Shown here: one piece after another, positions 44,083 through 52,662 of the stretch
How the letters are laid out: each line of letters starts with the position of its first letter
Position numbering within the stretch: position 1 is the first letter of the stretch
Assembly (NCBI GenBank): GCA_903917565.1
Contig: CAIXBB010000002.1
Location: 45,818 to 109,817 of the forward strand
Direction: 5' to 3'
Source: an uncultured cyanobacterium
GTDB lineage: Bacteria; Cyanobacteriota; Cyanobacteriia; PCC-6307; Cyanobiaceae
Length of the DNA: 64,000 nucleotides
The notes under the pieces: model-generated
The model's database searches: none
Seen by the model: only the letters and a program-made list of their open reading frames with translations
What the model was told of the DNA's origin: nothing
Translations under genes and position numbers: made by a program

Positions 44083-46371
44083 ATGAGCGACGACGCCAGC
44101 CCCGCCGATGCCGCCACGCCCGACCAGGGCGGCGGCTGGCCCCTGATCGACGGCTGGGCAAAGGCCACCCTCTCGCCGCGGGGGCCGAAGCTCTGGCAGA
44201 CCCTCAACCACCGCAGCGCCTGCCTCTCCTGCGCCTGGGGCACCGGTGGCCAGCACGGCGGCTTCCGCGATGAGCTGGGGGAGCCGTTGCAGCGGTGCCT
44301 CAAGAGCGTCGAGGCGATCATGGCCGAGCTGCAACCGGCGGTGAGCGAGGGCGTCTTCGGGACCCGCAGCCTCCCCGAGCTGCAGCAGCTCTCCTCGATG
44401 GAGGCCGACCGCCTCGGCCGCCTCAGCTATCCCCTGCTGCTGCGCGAAGGCCACAACCACTACGAGCGCATCGGTTGGGACGACGTTTTCGACATCGCCG
44501 AGGCCGCCTTCCGGGCCCCGCCGGAGCGGGTGGCCTCCTACAGCTCGGGCCGCTCCTCCAACGAGGCCGCCTACCTGCTGCAGCTGCTGCTGCGGGCCAT
44601 GGGCTCCAACAACCTGGCCGACTGCTCCGACCTCTGCCACGCCCCCTCCACCGTGGGGCTCAACGCCGTGTTCGGCTCCGGCACCTCGATGGTGAGCCTG
44701 GAGAGCCTGCAGCAGGCCGACTGCGTGGTGCTGGTGGGCTCCAACGCCCCGGCCAACCACCCGCGGCTGATGAACGAGCTGATCAAGCTGCGCCAGCGGG
44801 GCGGCTCGGTGATCGTCATCAACCCGGTGATCGAGGTGGGCTTGCTCAAGTTCGGCTCGCCGGCCTTCCCTCTCACGTCGATGCTGGGGGGCTCGGAGAT
44901 CGCTTCGCTGTTCCTGCAGCCCGTGCCGGGCAGCGACACGGCCGTGTTCCTGGGGCTGCAGAAGGCCCTGCTGGAGGCGGGTGCCGTCAAACGCGATTTC
45001 CTGGCGGCCCACGCCGAAGGCTGGGAAGCGCTGCTGAAGCAGCTGGAGGTCACCTCCTGGGAGGCGATCACCACGACGTGCGGGATCAGCCGCCAGGAGC
45101 TGGAGCACACCGCCAACGTGATCGCCCGCGCCCGCGGCGTGGTGTTCGCCTGGGCGATGGGCATCACCCACCACGCCAACGGCATCGACAACGTGCAGGC
45201 GATCGCCAACACCGCCCTGCTCAGCGGCAACGTGGGCCGGCCCGGTGCCGGCACCATGCCGATCCGGGGCCACTCCAACGTGCAGGGCTTCGGCTCGATG
45301 GGCGTCACCGTCAAGCTGCGCCAGGAGATGCAGCAGGCCCTCGAGCAGCTGCTGGGCCGGCCCCTCAGCCGGGTGCCCGGCTACGACACCCGCGCCCTGA
45401 TCGAGGCCGCAGGCGCCGGCCGGGTCGACAGCCTGCTGTGCCTGGGGGGCAACCTCTGGGGCGCCAACCCCGATGCCACCGAAGCCAGACGCGCCCTGGG
45501 CCGGATCGACACGATCCTGTATCTCGCCACCAAGCCCAACCAGGGCCATTTCCACGGCCTGGCGGCCCGCCAGACCCTGGTGCTGCCGGTGTTCAACCGC
45601 TTCGAGACCCCCCACCGCACCACCACCGAATCGGGCAACAACTACGTGCGGCTGAACGAGCCGGGCTCCACCCACCTGCGCCACGCCGATCTGATCAGCG
45701 AGGTGGCGTTCCTGGCCGAACTGGCCCGGCGGCTGATGGGCACTGATCCGATCGACTGGGGGCGGCTGCAGGATCCGTCCTACGTGCGGGTACTGATCGG
45801 CCGCACCGTGCCCGGCTACGGCCCGATCGCCCGCATCGATGCCACCCGAGCGGAGTTCAGCGTCGAGGGGCGTCTGTTCGAGCGCCCCCACTTCCCCACC
45901 CCCAGCGGTCGGGCCAAGGTGGCGCTCACCCCCCTGCCCGAGCTGGCGTTACCGGCGCCGGAGCACTTCGGTGGCCTCACGCCGGGGGAAGGGGGCCTGG
46001 TGCTGGCCCTGATCACGGCCCGCAGCTACGGCCAGCACAACACCGTCGTCTACCAGCCCGGCGACAGCTACCGGGGCATGCCCCACCGCCACACGATCCT
46101 GATGAACCGCGCCGACCTGCACCGCTGTGGCCTGGCGGCCCACCAGCGGGTGACGGTGCAGGGGGAGGCGGGCGCCCTCGAGCAGGTGGAGATCATCCCC
46201 GGCGAGATCCGCGAGGGCGCGGCGCTGATGTTCTACCCGGAGGTGAACGTGATCATGAAGGCCGTGATCGACCCCCGCTGCGGCACGCCCGCCTTCAAGC
46301 GGGTGCCGGTGCTGGTGCGAGGGCCGGTGTCGGTCACTCAACCCACCGGAGCCGCTCAACCCCCCAGATAG
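44083..46371 (+). CDS. molybdopterin oxidoreductase, FdhF/YdeP family
   Basis: 762 aa. N-terminal LNHRSACLSCAWGTGGQHGGFRDE pattern typical of the YdeP/Fdh-alpha-like family. Molybdopterin-binding blocks (VLVGSNAPANHPRL, ITHHANG, RGHSNVQG). C-terminal MopB barrel. Confidence 0.85.
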   Translation: MSDDASPADAATPDQGGGWPLIDGWAKATLSPRGPKLWQTLNHRSACLSCAWGTGGQHGGFRDELGEPLQRCLKSVEAIMAELQPAVSEGVFGTRSLPELQQLSSMEADRLGRLSYPLLLREGHNHYERIGWDDVFDIAEAAFRAPPERVASYSSGRSSNEAAYLLQLLLRAMGSNNLADCSDLCHAPSTVGLNAVFGSGTSMVSLESLQQADCVVLVGSNAPANHPRLMNELIKLRQRGGSVIVINPVIEVGLLKFGSPAFPLTSMLGGSEIASLFLQPVPGSDTAVFLGLQKALLEAGAVKRDFLAAHAEGWEALLKQLEVTSWEAITTTCGISRQELEHTANVIARARGVVFAWAMGITHHANGIDNVQAIANTALLSGNVGRPGAGTMPIRGHSNVQGFGSMGVTVKLRQEMQQALEQLLGRPLSRVPGYDTRALIEAAGAGRVDSLLCLGGNLWGANPDATEARRALGRIDTILYLATKPNQGHFHGLAARQTLVLPVFNRFETPHRTTTESGNNYVRLNEPGSTHLRHADLISEVAFLAELARRLMGTDPIDWGRLQDPSYVRVLIGRTVPGYGPIARIDATRAEFSVEGRLFERPHFPTPSGRAKVALTPLPELALPAPEHFGGLTPGEGGLVLALITARSYGQHNTVVYQPGDSYRGMPHRHTILMNRADLHRCGLAAHQRVTVQGEAGALEQVEIIPGEIREGAALMFYPEVNVIMKAVIDPRCGTPAFKRVPVLVRGPVSVTQPTGAAQPPR

Positions 46372-47423
46372 GCCATCTCCGCCGGTGCCGGGCGGTGCTC
46401 GGCCGCCTCCTGGCGCTCCTCGCTCCAGCGATCGCGGCGGGCGCGCCACAGCCCCTGCAGTGCCTGCCGCAGCCGGGCCGGCTCAGGCCGGGGGCGAAGC
46501 CAGGGCCGCAGGTCGGTGCCGCTGCCGGCGAACAGGCAGCTGTACGCCACGCCATCGGCGGTGATCCGCAGCCGGTTGCAGTCGCCGCAGAAGGGCGCCG
46601 AGATCGAGGCCACCACCGCCAGGTGGGCCCCACCACCATCGCAGGCGGCCCGGTCGCGGTAGCGCCAGCGGCTGGCGGTGCCATGGGGCGAGCGGCCCAC
46701 GGGCTCCAGCGGCCAGACCGCCCCGATGCGGGCCACCATCTCCGCCGCCGGCAGCACCTGCTCCGGCGCCCAGCCGTTGCGGTTGCCCACGTCCATGAAT
46801 TCGATCAGGCGCAGTTCCAGCCCCTGCTCACGGGCCAGCTCCGCCAGGGGCAGCAGCTGGTCGGCATTGCCCGAGCGGGTGATCACCGCATTGAGCTTCA
46901 ACGCGCCGCGGGCCGGATCGAAGCCGGCCTGGCGGGCGTGGCCGATCGCCGCCAGCACCTTCTCCAGCACGGCGCCACCGGCGGCCGCACCCCCCAGGCC
47001 GGCCATGCGGGCCACGCTGTCCCCATCGGTGCCATCGAGGCTGAGGGTGATCCGGTCGAGCCCCGCCGCCTTCAGCTGCCGGGCCCGATCGGCGCCCAGC
47101 AGCACCCCGTTGCTGGTGAGGGCGATCTCCCGCAGGGCGCCGCGGGGATCGCTGGGATGCCGCCTCCGCAGCGGCTGCAGGGCGGCGATCAGCTCCTCCA
47201 GCTGCCGGTGCAGCAGGGGCTCGCCGCCGGTGAGGCGCAGGGTGTGCACCCCCAGGCCCACGGTCGCCTCCACCAGGGCCACCCGTTCCGGCAGGGTCAG
47301 CAACCCGGGGGGATCCTCGGCATCGGGGCAGCAGTAGGGGCAGGCCAGGTTGCAGCGGGCCGTGAGCGACAGCCGCAGCACCCCCAGGGGCCGGCCATGC
47401 AGATCCAGAGGACGCTCCGCCAT
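46356..47423 (-). CDS. moaA: GTP 3',8-cyclase (molybdenum cofactor biosynthesis protein A)
   Basis: I call the start at 47423 (MAERPLDLHGRPLGVLRLSLTARCNLACPYCCPD, radical-SAM CxxxCxxC). C-terminal FCGDCNRLRITADG second-cluster motif. Confidence 0.9.
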   Translation of the reverse strand: MAERPLDLHGRPLGVLRLSLTARCNLACPYCCPDAEDPPGLLTLPERVALVEATVGLGVHTLRLTGGEPLLHRQLEELIAALQPLRRRHPSDPRGALREIALTSNGVLLGADRARQLKAAGLDRITLSLDGTDGDSVARMAGLGGAAAGGAVLEKVLAAIGHARQAGFDPARGALKLNAVITRSGNADQLLPLAELAREQGLELRLIEFMDVGNRNGWAPEQVLPAAEMVARIGAVWPLEPVGRSPHGTASRWRYRDRAACDGGGAHLAVVASISAPFCGDCNRLRITADGVAYSCLFAGSGTDLRPWLRPRPEPARLRQALQGLWRARRDRWSEERQEAAEHRPAPAEMAYLGG

Positions 47424-47433
47424 GGCAGGAAAG

Positions 47434-48051
47434 CTAGGGCCACAGGCCGGTGGCGTCGTCGGGCCGGTTGGCATTGCGCAGGCCCGCGGGCGGCAGCGGC
47501 ACCGCCACCACCTCCTGGCCGGCCAGCCAGTCCTGCAGCCGGCGGCCACCGGCCGCCGTGAAGGCGCGCAGCCCCTGGCGGCGGCTGGCATGGGCGGGGT
47601 AGACCCCCAGCAGCGGCTGCAGCCGCCGGCCGTCATGGGCCAGGTGGATGGCCGTTGGGGCCGCCGGGATCGTGGCGGCGGCGGCGGTGGCAGCAGCGAC
47701 CAGGGCCTCGAGAGCGGCCGTCTCCAGCCAGGGCATGTCCACCGGGCAGAGCAGCAGATCCTCATCGGGGTAGCGCTGCATCAACCGGTCGAGGGCCAGC
47801 AGCGGCCCCTCCCGGGGCGGCGGCTCCTCCAGGACGCTGATCGCGTCGCCCAGCTCGTCCCGCAGGGACCGAGCCAGGGCGTGGTGGGCCCGGTGGTGGC
47901 TGACCAGGGTGATGGGCAGCGGCAAGGCCGCCAGCTGCGTCAGGCTGAACTCCAGCCAGGTGCCCCCGGCGGGATGGGGCAGCAGCGCCTTGTCCCTGCC
48001 CATGCGGCGGCTGGCGCCGCCGCTGAGCAGGCAGGCCCGCAGGCCACTCAT
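47434..48051 (-). CDS. mobA: molybdenum cofactor guanylyltransferase
   Basis: 205 aa. N-terminal LLSGGASRRMGRDKALL motif. Confidence 0.8.
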   Translation of the reverse strand: MSGLRACLLSGGASRRMGRDKALLPHPAGGTWLEFSLTQLAALPLPITLVSHHRAHHALARSLRDELGDAISVLEEPPPREGPLLALDRLMQRYPDEDLLLCPVDMPWLETAALEALVAAATAAAATIPAAPTAIHLAHDGRRLQPLLGVYPAHASRRQGLRAFTAAGGRRLQDWLAGQEVVAVPLPPAGLRNANRPDDATGLWP

Positions 48052-48509
48052 GCCAGCAGGCCGAACTCGGCGAGGGCCCGCGGCAGGTTGCGGTGCTCAT
48101 GGCCCGGATGACTGAGCTTCACCAGGGCAAAGCGCTGCAGCTCATCGAGCTTGCCCCAGGCGTGCGGGGGCAGGCACAGCCCCAGCTGCTGGCACGAGGC
48201 GAGCACCACCTGGGGGAGGGCGTCGTCCTGTTGCCACGGGGCGCCACAGGCGGGCTGCAGCCGCCCGGCGGCCCCAGCCGCCATGGCGGCGGTGCGCTGG
48301 TCGAGCCAGTGGTCCAGCGCCACCAGCGCGCCAGGGTCATCCGGCCAGGCCAGCAGCCGCTGCCGCTCCGGGTCGCTGAGCTCGCCCCAGTGGCTCAACT
48401 TCAACTTGACGCCCACCAGATCCAGCTTCCGGCGCACGGCCATGGGGAGGCAGCGCAGGTCGCCGACGAAGTCGGCCTCGAAGCCGAAACAGTGGTCGTG
48501 GCGGCCCAT
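48048..48509 (-). CDS. nitrate-reductase-associated protein family (cyanobacterial NarM-like)
   Basis: 153 aa. FGFEADFVGDLRCLPMAVRRKLDLVGVKLKLSHW. Context next to mobA/moaA. Family recognised from memory only. Confidence 0.55.
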   Translation of the reverse strand: MGRHDHCFGFEADFVGDLRCLPMAVRRKLDLVGVKLKLSHWGELSDPERQRLLAWPDDPGALVALDHWLDQRTAAMAAGAAGRLQPACGAPWQQDDALPQVVLASCQQLGLCLPPHAWGKLDELQRFALVKLSHPGHEHRNLPRALAEFGLLA

Positions 48510-48579
48510 TTCGCCGGCACCTGAGGCCTTCTCACCCTAGGCAGCCCTAGCGTTCGTTCTCAGGCGCTTTCCTCGGTCC

Positions 48580-49224
48580 ATGCCCCGGGCTCCCGCAACC
48601 CCTGCCACCGAGCGCCGGGCCGATGCGGTCAGGGCCCTGCTGGAGCTGGCCGCCGACACGGCCCCCGACCAGATCAGCACCGCTGCCGTGGCCGGGCGCA
48701 TGGGGGTGAGCCACGGGGCCCTCTTCCGCCATTTCCCCAGCCGCGAGGCCCTCTGGACCGAAGCGGTTCATTGGTCGACAGGGGAGCTGGAGCGCCGCAT
48801 CGAGGCCCTTGCCGGCCGGGCCTTCCTCGATCCAGACGGCGAGGTGATGGCGCTGCTGAAGGCCCATGCCGCCCTGGTCCAGGCCCATCCGGGGTTGCTC
48901 CGCCTCTGGTTCGCGGAGTTGCAGCGGCCGGGCACGAGCCCGGCGCGGGAGGAGGGCAAGGCGTTCATGGCCCGCTTCCGGCGGAAGCTCCAGGAGGTGA
49001 TCGCCGCGGGACAGGCCCGGCACTGGTTTGAGCCGGGTCTGGATCCGGCCGAGCTCGCCGGGCTCCTGGTGGCCGTCTACCAGGGGCTGATGTTGCAGGG
49101 CCTGGCCCACGACAGCCTGGATCAGCTCGGGGAGCGCACGGAGAAGGCCGTGGGCCTGATCCTCAGGGGGTGGCATCTGCGGCCTCCGGGCGAGGCCGCC
49201 CCAGCAGCAGCACCAGGGGAATGA
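48580..49224 (+). CDS. TetR/AcrR-family transcriptional regulator
   Basis: 214 aa. HTH ISTAAVAGRMGVSHGALFRHFPSREALW. The 3' end overlaps the convergent MFS gene by about 60 nt. Confidence 0.85.
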   Translation: MPRAPATPATERRADAVRALLELAADTAPDQISTAAVAGRMGVSHGALFRHFPSREALWTEAVHWSTGELERRIEALAGRAFLDPDGEVMALLKAHAALVQAHPGLLRLWFAELQRPGTSPAREEGKAFMARFRRKLQEVIAAGQARHWFEPGLDPAELAGLLVAVYQGLMLQGLAHDSLDQLGERTEKAVGLILRGWHLRPPGEAAPAAAPGE

Positions 49225-50734
49225 CGGCCAGGAACAGCACGCCCACCACCCGGAACACGTCGCCGTAGGCCAGCAGCGCCGCCTGCCGGTCCACCTGCAG
49301 GCTCAGCAGCTGCAGGGACTGGGCGTAGCCCTCGCCGGAGCCAGGAGCCCGTTCCTGCAGCCAGGCCTGCAGGGCGATCAGGCGCTGCTGCAGCAGCGGA
49401 TTGCCGGGCGTCAGATGCTCCACCAGATGGGCCCGGTGCAGGGCGGTGCGCCGTTCCACCACCAGGGTGAGCAGGGCGATGCCGAAGGTGCCTCCCAGCT
49501 GGCGGGAGAGGTTGTAGAAGCCGCTGCCGGAGGCCACCTCCTCGCGGGGCAGGGGACCGAGGCTGGCCAGGCTCAGGGGCAGGAACATCATCACCGTCGT
49601 GGTCCCCCGGGCGATCAGGGGCCAGAACAGGGCTTCTGCGCCGGTGTCCGGTCCGATCGCCGCCATCCAGACCATGGTGAGCACCATGCCGGCGGCCCCG
49701 AGGCCGATCAGCAGGCGGGGATCGATCCGCTGAACCACGCGGCCGAGCAGCGCCATGGTCAAGGCTGAGGCCAGGGCGCCCGGCAGCAACAGCAGCCCGG
49801 TCTGGGTGGCCGTGTATCCCAGCACTGACTGGGCGAAGACCGGTACCACGAAGACCGTGCCGTAGAGCCCCATGCCCAGCACCACCGAAAAGAGACTGCC
49901 GGCCGCCAGATAGCGGTGCCGCAGCACCCGCAGGTCCACGGCCGGTCGTCGCTGCCGCCGTTCCCACCACACGAACACCGGCAGGCTGACGGCGGCGAGG
50001 AGACCCAGCTGGCGCAGGCCAGGATCTTCGAACCAGTCGAGTTGGTGCCCCTGCTCCAGCACCACCTGGAGGCTGGCCAGGCAGGCGGTGAGCAGCAGGA
50101 TGCCCACCCAGTCCACAGGCGTGGATCCTGCGGCCGTCTCCCCATCGGGCTCCAGGAAGGCCAGGGCCATCAGCACCGTGACCAGGCCCACCGGCACGTT
50201 GATGAAGAAGATCCAGCGCCAGCCCAGGCCATCGGTGAGCAGGCCCCCCAGGGTCGGCCCCAGGGCTGGACCCGCCAGCACCACAACGCCGAACATCCCC
50301 TGGGCGACGCCCTGCATCGACGGCGGCACGGCCCGGAACAGAATGGTCTGGGCCTTGGGCAGCAAACCGCCTCCCAGCAGCCCCTGCAGGATGCGGGCGG
50401 CGATGAGCCAGCCCAGGTTCGGCGCCAGCCCACACAGCACCGAGGCGACCGTGAAGCCCGTCAGGCAGAAGATGAAGTAGCTGCGCTCGCCGAACCGTCC
50501 GCTCAGCCAACTGCTCAGCGGGATCATCACCACGGTGGCCATGGCATAGCCGGTGACCACCCAGCCCACCTCCGCCAGGGTGGCGCCCAGGTTGGCCTGG
50601 ATGCTGATCAGGGCCACATTGGTGATGCTGGTGTCGATGATCTCCAGCAAGGCGCCGATCGAGGCGGTCAGCACCACGCCCCACTGGCGAAGAGTGAGCC
50701 CCTCCGTCACAGCCGTCGTCACGGCCACCGTCAC
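49163..50734 (-). CDS. MFS drug:H+ antiporter, DHA2 (EmrB/QacA) family, 14-TMS type
   Basis: 523 aa. LDTSIT-like IIDTSITNVALISIQANLGA, GRFGERSYF, multiple TM helices. Overlaps the HlyD-family gene. Confidence 0.9.
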   Translation of the reverse strand: MTVAVTTAVTEGLTLRQWGVVLTASIGALLEIIDTSITNVALISIQANLGATLAEVGWVVTGYAMATVVMIPLSSWLSGRFGERSYFIFCLTGFTVASVLCGLAPNLGWLIAARILQGLLGGGLLPKAQTILFRAVPPSMQGVAQGMFGVVVLAGPALGPTLGGLLTDGLGWRWIFFINVPVGLVTVLMALAFLEPDGETAAGSTPVDWVGILLLTACLASLQVVLEQGHQLDWFEDPGLRQLGLLAAVSLPVFVWWERRQRRPAVDLRVLRHRYLAAGSLFSVVLGMGLYGTVFVVPVFAQSVLGYTATQTGLLLLPGALASALTMALLGRVVQRIDPRLLIGLGAAGMVLTMVWMAAIGPDTGAEALFWPLIARGTTTVMMFLPLSLASLGPLPREEVASGSGFYNLSRQLGGTFGIALLTLVVERRTALHRAHLVEHLTPGNPLLQQRLIALQAWLQERAPGSGEGYAQSLQLLSLQVDRQAALLAYGDVFRVVGVLFLAVIPLVLLLGRPRPEAADATP

Positions 50735-51861
50735 GGCCGTCGCACCTGCACCCGCACCGAGAGGCCCGGCACCAGGTGGGCCGCGGCCACGTCCCGGGGG
50801 TCCAGGCCGATCCGAGCGGTGACCCGCTGCACCACCTTGGTGAAGTTGCCGGTGGCGTTGTCGGGCGGCAGCAGGGCGAAGCGGGCCCCGGAGGCCGGGG
50901 CGATGCCGAGCACCGTGCCGTGGAAAACCCGGCCGGGGAAGGCATCGACGCGCACCTCGGCCGGCTGCCCCGGCCGCAGCGCGGCCAGCTGGGTCTCCTT
51001 GAAGTGCGCCTCCACCCAGGGCACGCCGCTCACCAGGGTCATCAGAGGCTGGCCCGGCTGCACCTGGCTGCCGGGTTCCGCCTGCCGGTCACCGATGCGC
51101 CCGGCGCTGGGGGCCACCACCCGGTCGTAGGACAGGTCGAGCCGGGCCCTCTCCAGGGCAGCCTGGGCCTGCAGGATGCGGGCCTCGGCGGCGGCGACCT
51201 TCTGCCGGTTGACCGTCACCTGATCGAGGCTGGCCTGGGCACTGCGGCCGCTGGCCTGGCCCCGGAGGGCGGCGCCCCGTGCCTGGCTGTAGCCGGCCCG
51301 GGCCCGGTCCAGTTCCTGGCGGGAGACACCCCCTTCCTGCACCAGGGTCTCCAGACGCCGGACATCGGCCGCGGCCCGAGCCAGTTCGCCTTCGGCGGCG
51401 ATTCCTTCCCCACGGGCCTGGTCGAGGGCCGCGGCCGCCAGGTTGGTGCTCGATCCGGTCGCTGAGCGGAGGGCCAGGGCCTCGCGCCGGGCCTGGATCA
51501 GGTCCGCCTGCGCCTGGCTCAGTCGGGCCTGGGCGTCGCGGGGATCCAGCAGCAGCAGGGGATCGCCCTCCGCCACGGTCTGGTCGTCCTCCACCAACAC
51601 CTTGACGATGGTGCCCGGGATACGACTGGCGATCACCGTGAGGTGGGATTGCAGCTGGGCGTCATCGGTGGACTCCAGTCCCCGCTGGCTCATCAGCCAG
51701 CCGCCCAGGCCTGCGGCGACCCCCAGGCCGAGAAGCGGCAGCAGCCAGCGACCTGCCCGGGAGCCGCTGTGGCTGGGCTTTGCGGGCTGGGGGCGGGCAA
51801 CGGGCTCGGGAGCCACGGCTTCCCTGGGCAGCAGGGCGGAAGGAGGTGATGCGGTCCCCAT
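50731..51861 (-). CDS. HlyD/EmrA-family membrane fusion protein
   Basis: 376 aa. N-terminal TM helix, coiled-coil hairpin (AQADLIQARREALAL...), beta-barrel region FTKVVQRV near the C-terminus. Confidence 0.9.
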   Translation of the reverse strand: MGTASPPSALLPREAVAPEPVARPQPAKPSHSGSRAGRWLLPLLGLGVAAGLGGWLMSQRGLESTDDAQLQSHLTVIASRIPGTIVKVLVEDDQTVAEGDPLLLLDPRDAQARLSQAQADLIQARREALALRSATGSSTNLAAAALDQARGEGIAAEGELARAAADVRRLETLVQEGGVSRQELDRARAGYSQARGAALRGQASGRSAQASLDQVTVNRQKVAAAEARILQAQAALERARLDLSYDRVVAPSAGRIGDRQAEPGSQVQPGQPLMTLVSGVPWVEAHFKETQLAALRPGQPAEVRVDAFPGRVFHGTVLGIAPASGARFALLPPDNATGNFTKVVQRVTARIGLDPRDVAAAHLVPGLSVRVQVRRP

Positions 51862-51876
51862 GGACGATCGCGCCGA

Positions 51877-51892
51877 GTGAGTGCTTACTCAC
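51877..51892. promoter_or_regulatory. inverted repeat GTGAGT-gctt-ACTCAC just upstream of the EmrA-like start; candidate operator or 5'-UTR hairpin
   Basis: Perfect 6-bp arms with a 4-nt spacer, 16 nt upstream of the ATG at 51861. A TetR regulator is encoded at the other end of the operon. Confidence 0.3.
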
Positions 51893-52095
51893 ATCAGGCT
51901 AGGACATGAGCCCACCGTTGCGGTCCTCCGTGCCGATCCGCTGCAGTCGGCTTCGGCCGATGCCACGCCGGCGGAGTCCACTCCACCACCGGAACTGGCC
52001 CAAGCCAAGGGCTTTCGTAGCCGATCTCACCGTGGGACCCCGCCAGGTTTAGGTTCACTGGACAGAACGCAGAGGCTTCTGACGAAGTCGCTCCC

Positions 52096-52653
52096 ATGAC
52101 CGCCACCGTCCCGTCGAGAGACGAGCTGCAAGATCACCGGTCCACCGGAGCCGGCCAGGCACCCCGTCCGGCTCCGATGTTCGAGCTCATCCCCTACGAG
52201 AAGTTCCGCGACACCCCATCGGTGCGGTTCTTCGATATCACGGTGCCCTCCTCGAACAAGCGGGACCTTGTGGTCCACTCGGGCCCGGCGGTGAGTCCAC
52301 CGGACTGCCGGGAGACCGGCAGCTGGCAGTTCTATCTCCATCCCCATCAGGAAGACAACCTGCTGGCCATGCACGGTGGCCGCACCTTCTTCCTGGTGAA
52401 TCTGGGCTGGAACTACCCGTACCACATCGTTCGCCTCGACTGCGGCGGCGACATCCTGCGCATTCCACCCGGCACGTTCCACCGGTCCGTCTCCGATCCC
52501 GATGGCTCCCTGGTGCTCAACCAGGCCGTGCGCGAAGAAGGCGCCAGTGTCGTGCGCGAATTCCGCGTCTACAACAGCCACCGCATCCCGCGGCTCTTCG
52601 CCGTGACCTCCAAGACCGCCCCCCTGCCCAAACTTCACGGGGTGAGCTGGTAG
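52096..52653 (+). CDS. hypothetical protein, possibly cupin-fold
   Basis: 185-aa ORF. WQFYLHPHQEDNLLAMHGGRTFFLV...ILRIPPGTFHRS resembles a cupin two-motif pattern. The start may be an internal Met (MFELIPYEKF). Confidence 0.5.
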   Translation: MTATVPSRDELQDHRSTGAGQAPRPAPMFELIPYEKFRDTPSVRFFDITVPSSNKRDLVVHSGPAVSPPDCRETGSWQFYLHPHQEDNLLAMHGGRTFFLVNLGWNYPYHIVRLDCGGDILRIPPGTFHRSVSDPDGSLVLNQAVREEGASVVREFRVYNSHRIPRLFAVTSKTAPLPKLHGVSW

Positions 52654-52662
52654 CCGCAGGCC

